Positions 62,524 through 64,000 of a stretch of 64,000 bases of DNA are shown here, in pieces. The notes beneath the pieces were generated by a model. That model was not told where the DNA came from and did not search any database. It worked only from the letters and a program-made list of their open reading frames with translations. A program made the position numbers and the translations under genes. The DNA is taken from the NCBI RefSeq assembly GCF_000203815.1, contig NW_004457695.1, positions 1,296,054 through 1,360,053 on the forward strand, written 5' to 3'. How positions within the stretch are numbered: the stretch's first letter is position 1; each line of letters opens with the position of its first letter. Source of the DNA: Dictyostelium fasciculatum. Taxonomy: Eukaryota.

Positions 62524-64000
62524 ATGCCAGCAGAAAATAATAATAACAATAATGCTGCTACTGCTGCAAAACCAGCAGACCCAGTTAAAAAAGAACCAGC
62601 AAAGAAAAAGGATGAAAAGAAGGAAGATGCTTTGGTATGTGAAAAAAAGATAGATAAAGAGAGAGAGAGAGAGAGAAAGATAGGGAGAGAGATAACAACA
62701 TTCTTTTTTTAAATATACTCATACTTTTACTTTTTTTTTTTTTACTTTTACCTTTTCTAGTCAGCAGAAGATGAAAAATTAAAAGGAGATTTAGAAATGT
62801 TGGTAGAACGTGTTAAAGATAGTAATCAAGAACTTGCTTTAGCAGCTTTAGAATCATTAAAGACAGAGATTAAATCATCAACTTCATCAATGACATCTGT
62901 ACCAAAACCACTTAAATTCCTTGGTCCACATTATAATAATCTTACAGAATTATATAAAACCTTTGATGAAGGTAAAAAAAAGGTAAAAACCAGAAATATA
63001 TATATATATAATAGTCATTCTATATCATTCTTTTTTCTCTTTTTTTCTAATTTCTTTTTTTTTTTATTTTTATTTTCTACTCTCTTTCTTTTTTTATAGA
63101 AATCATTAGCAGATGTATTATCAGTATTGGCAATGGCCAATAGTAAGGATGATGCCAGAGATACATTGAAATTCAGATTATTGGGATCTGGAGAATCGAT
63201 TAGTTCATGGGGACATGAATACGTACGTCATTTGGCCACAGAGATTGGTCAAGAATACCAATTAAAGAGTGAAGAGACACAATCGGTCGATGATCTTTTA
63301 CAATTGGTCGACGAAATCATTCCATTCCAAATGAATCATAACGCAGAGCCCGATGCTTGCGATCTTTTATTCGAAGTGGAACAATTGCCAAAGATTCTAG
63401 GTTTTGTCGACGATACAAACTATCTACGTGTTGCTCTCTACCTCACCTCGTTTGCAAACTATGTTCCAGGTCCTGATGATGTCAACATTCTCAAAATTGT
63501 CATTGATATCTATCTCAAAGCAAAACAATATCCAGATGCTCTTAGAATTGCTCTTAAAATTTCAGACAATACCCTTATTAATCATATTTTTACTTTAACT
63601 GAAAAGTATGTGAAACAAAAAAAAAGAGGTAGAGATATATATATATTAATTTTTTATTTATTATTTTTATTTTAAGGGATTTACCAATGTTACAACAATT
63701 AGCATTTATTTCAGCAAGACAAAAAGTATTACCAACAGAATTTGATGTTACACCAGTTGCCAATATCATTAATAATGCAAGATTGAGTGAATTTTTCCTC
63801 AACTTGGCAACCGATTTGGACGTTAGAGAACCAAAGTTACCAGAAGATATCTTCCAATCTCATTTGGATAGTACTGGTTCAACTGTCCCAGAATCTGCTC
63901 GTATTAATCTTGCAACTGGTTTTGTAAATGCTTTTGTTAATTGTGGTTTCTTGACTGATAGATTAATGTCTGATCCAGGTAAATTATAAATATTATTAAT
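62524..64000 (+). CDS. 26S proteasome regulatory subunit RPN1 / PSMD2, N-terminal ~330 aa; partial, continues beyond the window end. Exons 62524..62634, 62761..62982, 63100..63605, 63677..63978, then an intron
   Basis: Colinear with PSMD2: ...[56 protein letters not shown]...; ...[51 protein letters not shown]...[17 protein letters not shown]...[10 protein letters not shown]...; ...[21 protein letters not shown]. Introns GTATGT (62635..62760), GTAAAA (62983..63099), GTATGT (63606..63676), GTAAAT (63979..). Confidence 0.9.

Overview
This 64-kb window is nuclear DNA from a dictyostelid social amoeba (Amoebozoa): AT-rich intergenic and intron sequence, GC-richer exons, poly-Asn and poly-Gln coding tracts, short GTAAGT/GTATGT...AG introns. 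The coding is GC-richer than in D. discoideum, so a non-discoideum dictyostelid is likely. It is not prokaryotic, and the ORF track's 'M' is often a TTG/GTG alternative start rather than a true ATG. I built spliced models for about 25 protein genes: PRP8 (N-terminal 40%, runs off the window), a CHASE-sensor adenylyl cyclase of the ACG type, a PWWP protein, ERGIC3/Erv46, an inositol 5-phosphatase, a TROVE-NACHT-WD40 (TEP1-like) giant protein, AP-4 beta, a DDX5-like DEAD-box helicase with a mitochondrial-like presequence, a SET+TPR protein, an ARF GTPase, proteasome RPN1/PSMD2 (runs off the 3' edge), ankyrin, F-box-like, PSI-domain and Cys-rich secreted proteins. There are two tRNA genes and one tRNA fragment. 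The accessory content is the most interesting part: (1) a ~3.2-kb piggyBac-like DNA transposon with decayed terminal inverted repeats lies about 80 bp upstream of the AP-4 beta start; its transposase reading frame needs three canonical spliceosomal introns and also carries two frameshifts. (2) Two 5'-truncated copies of one tRNA-gene-targeted non-LTR retrotransposon (TRE5-like) sit beside an initiator-type tRNA-Met and a tRNA-Gly; they share an oligo(A)-terminated 3' module, and there is a segmentally duplicated half tRNA-Gly. Several gene models (SET/TPR, an LRR open reading frame, a duplicated fragment of a Cys-rich/GPI gene) show in-frame stops or frameshifts that suggest pseudogenisation near these insertions.
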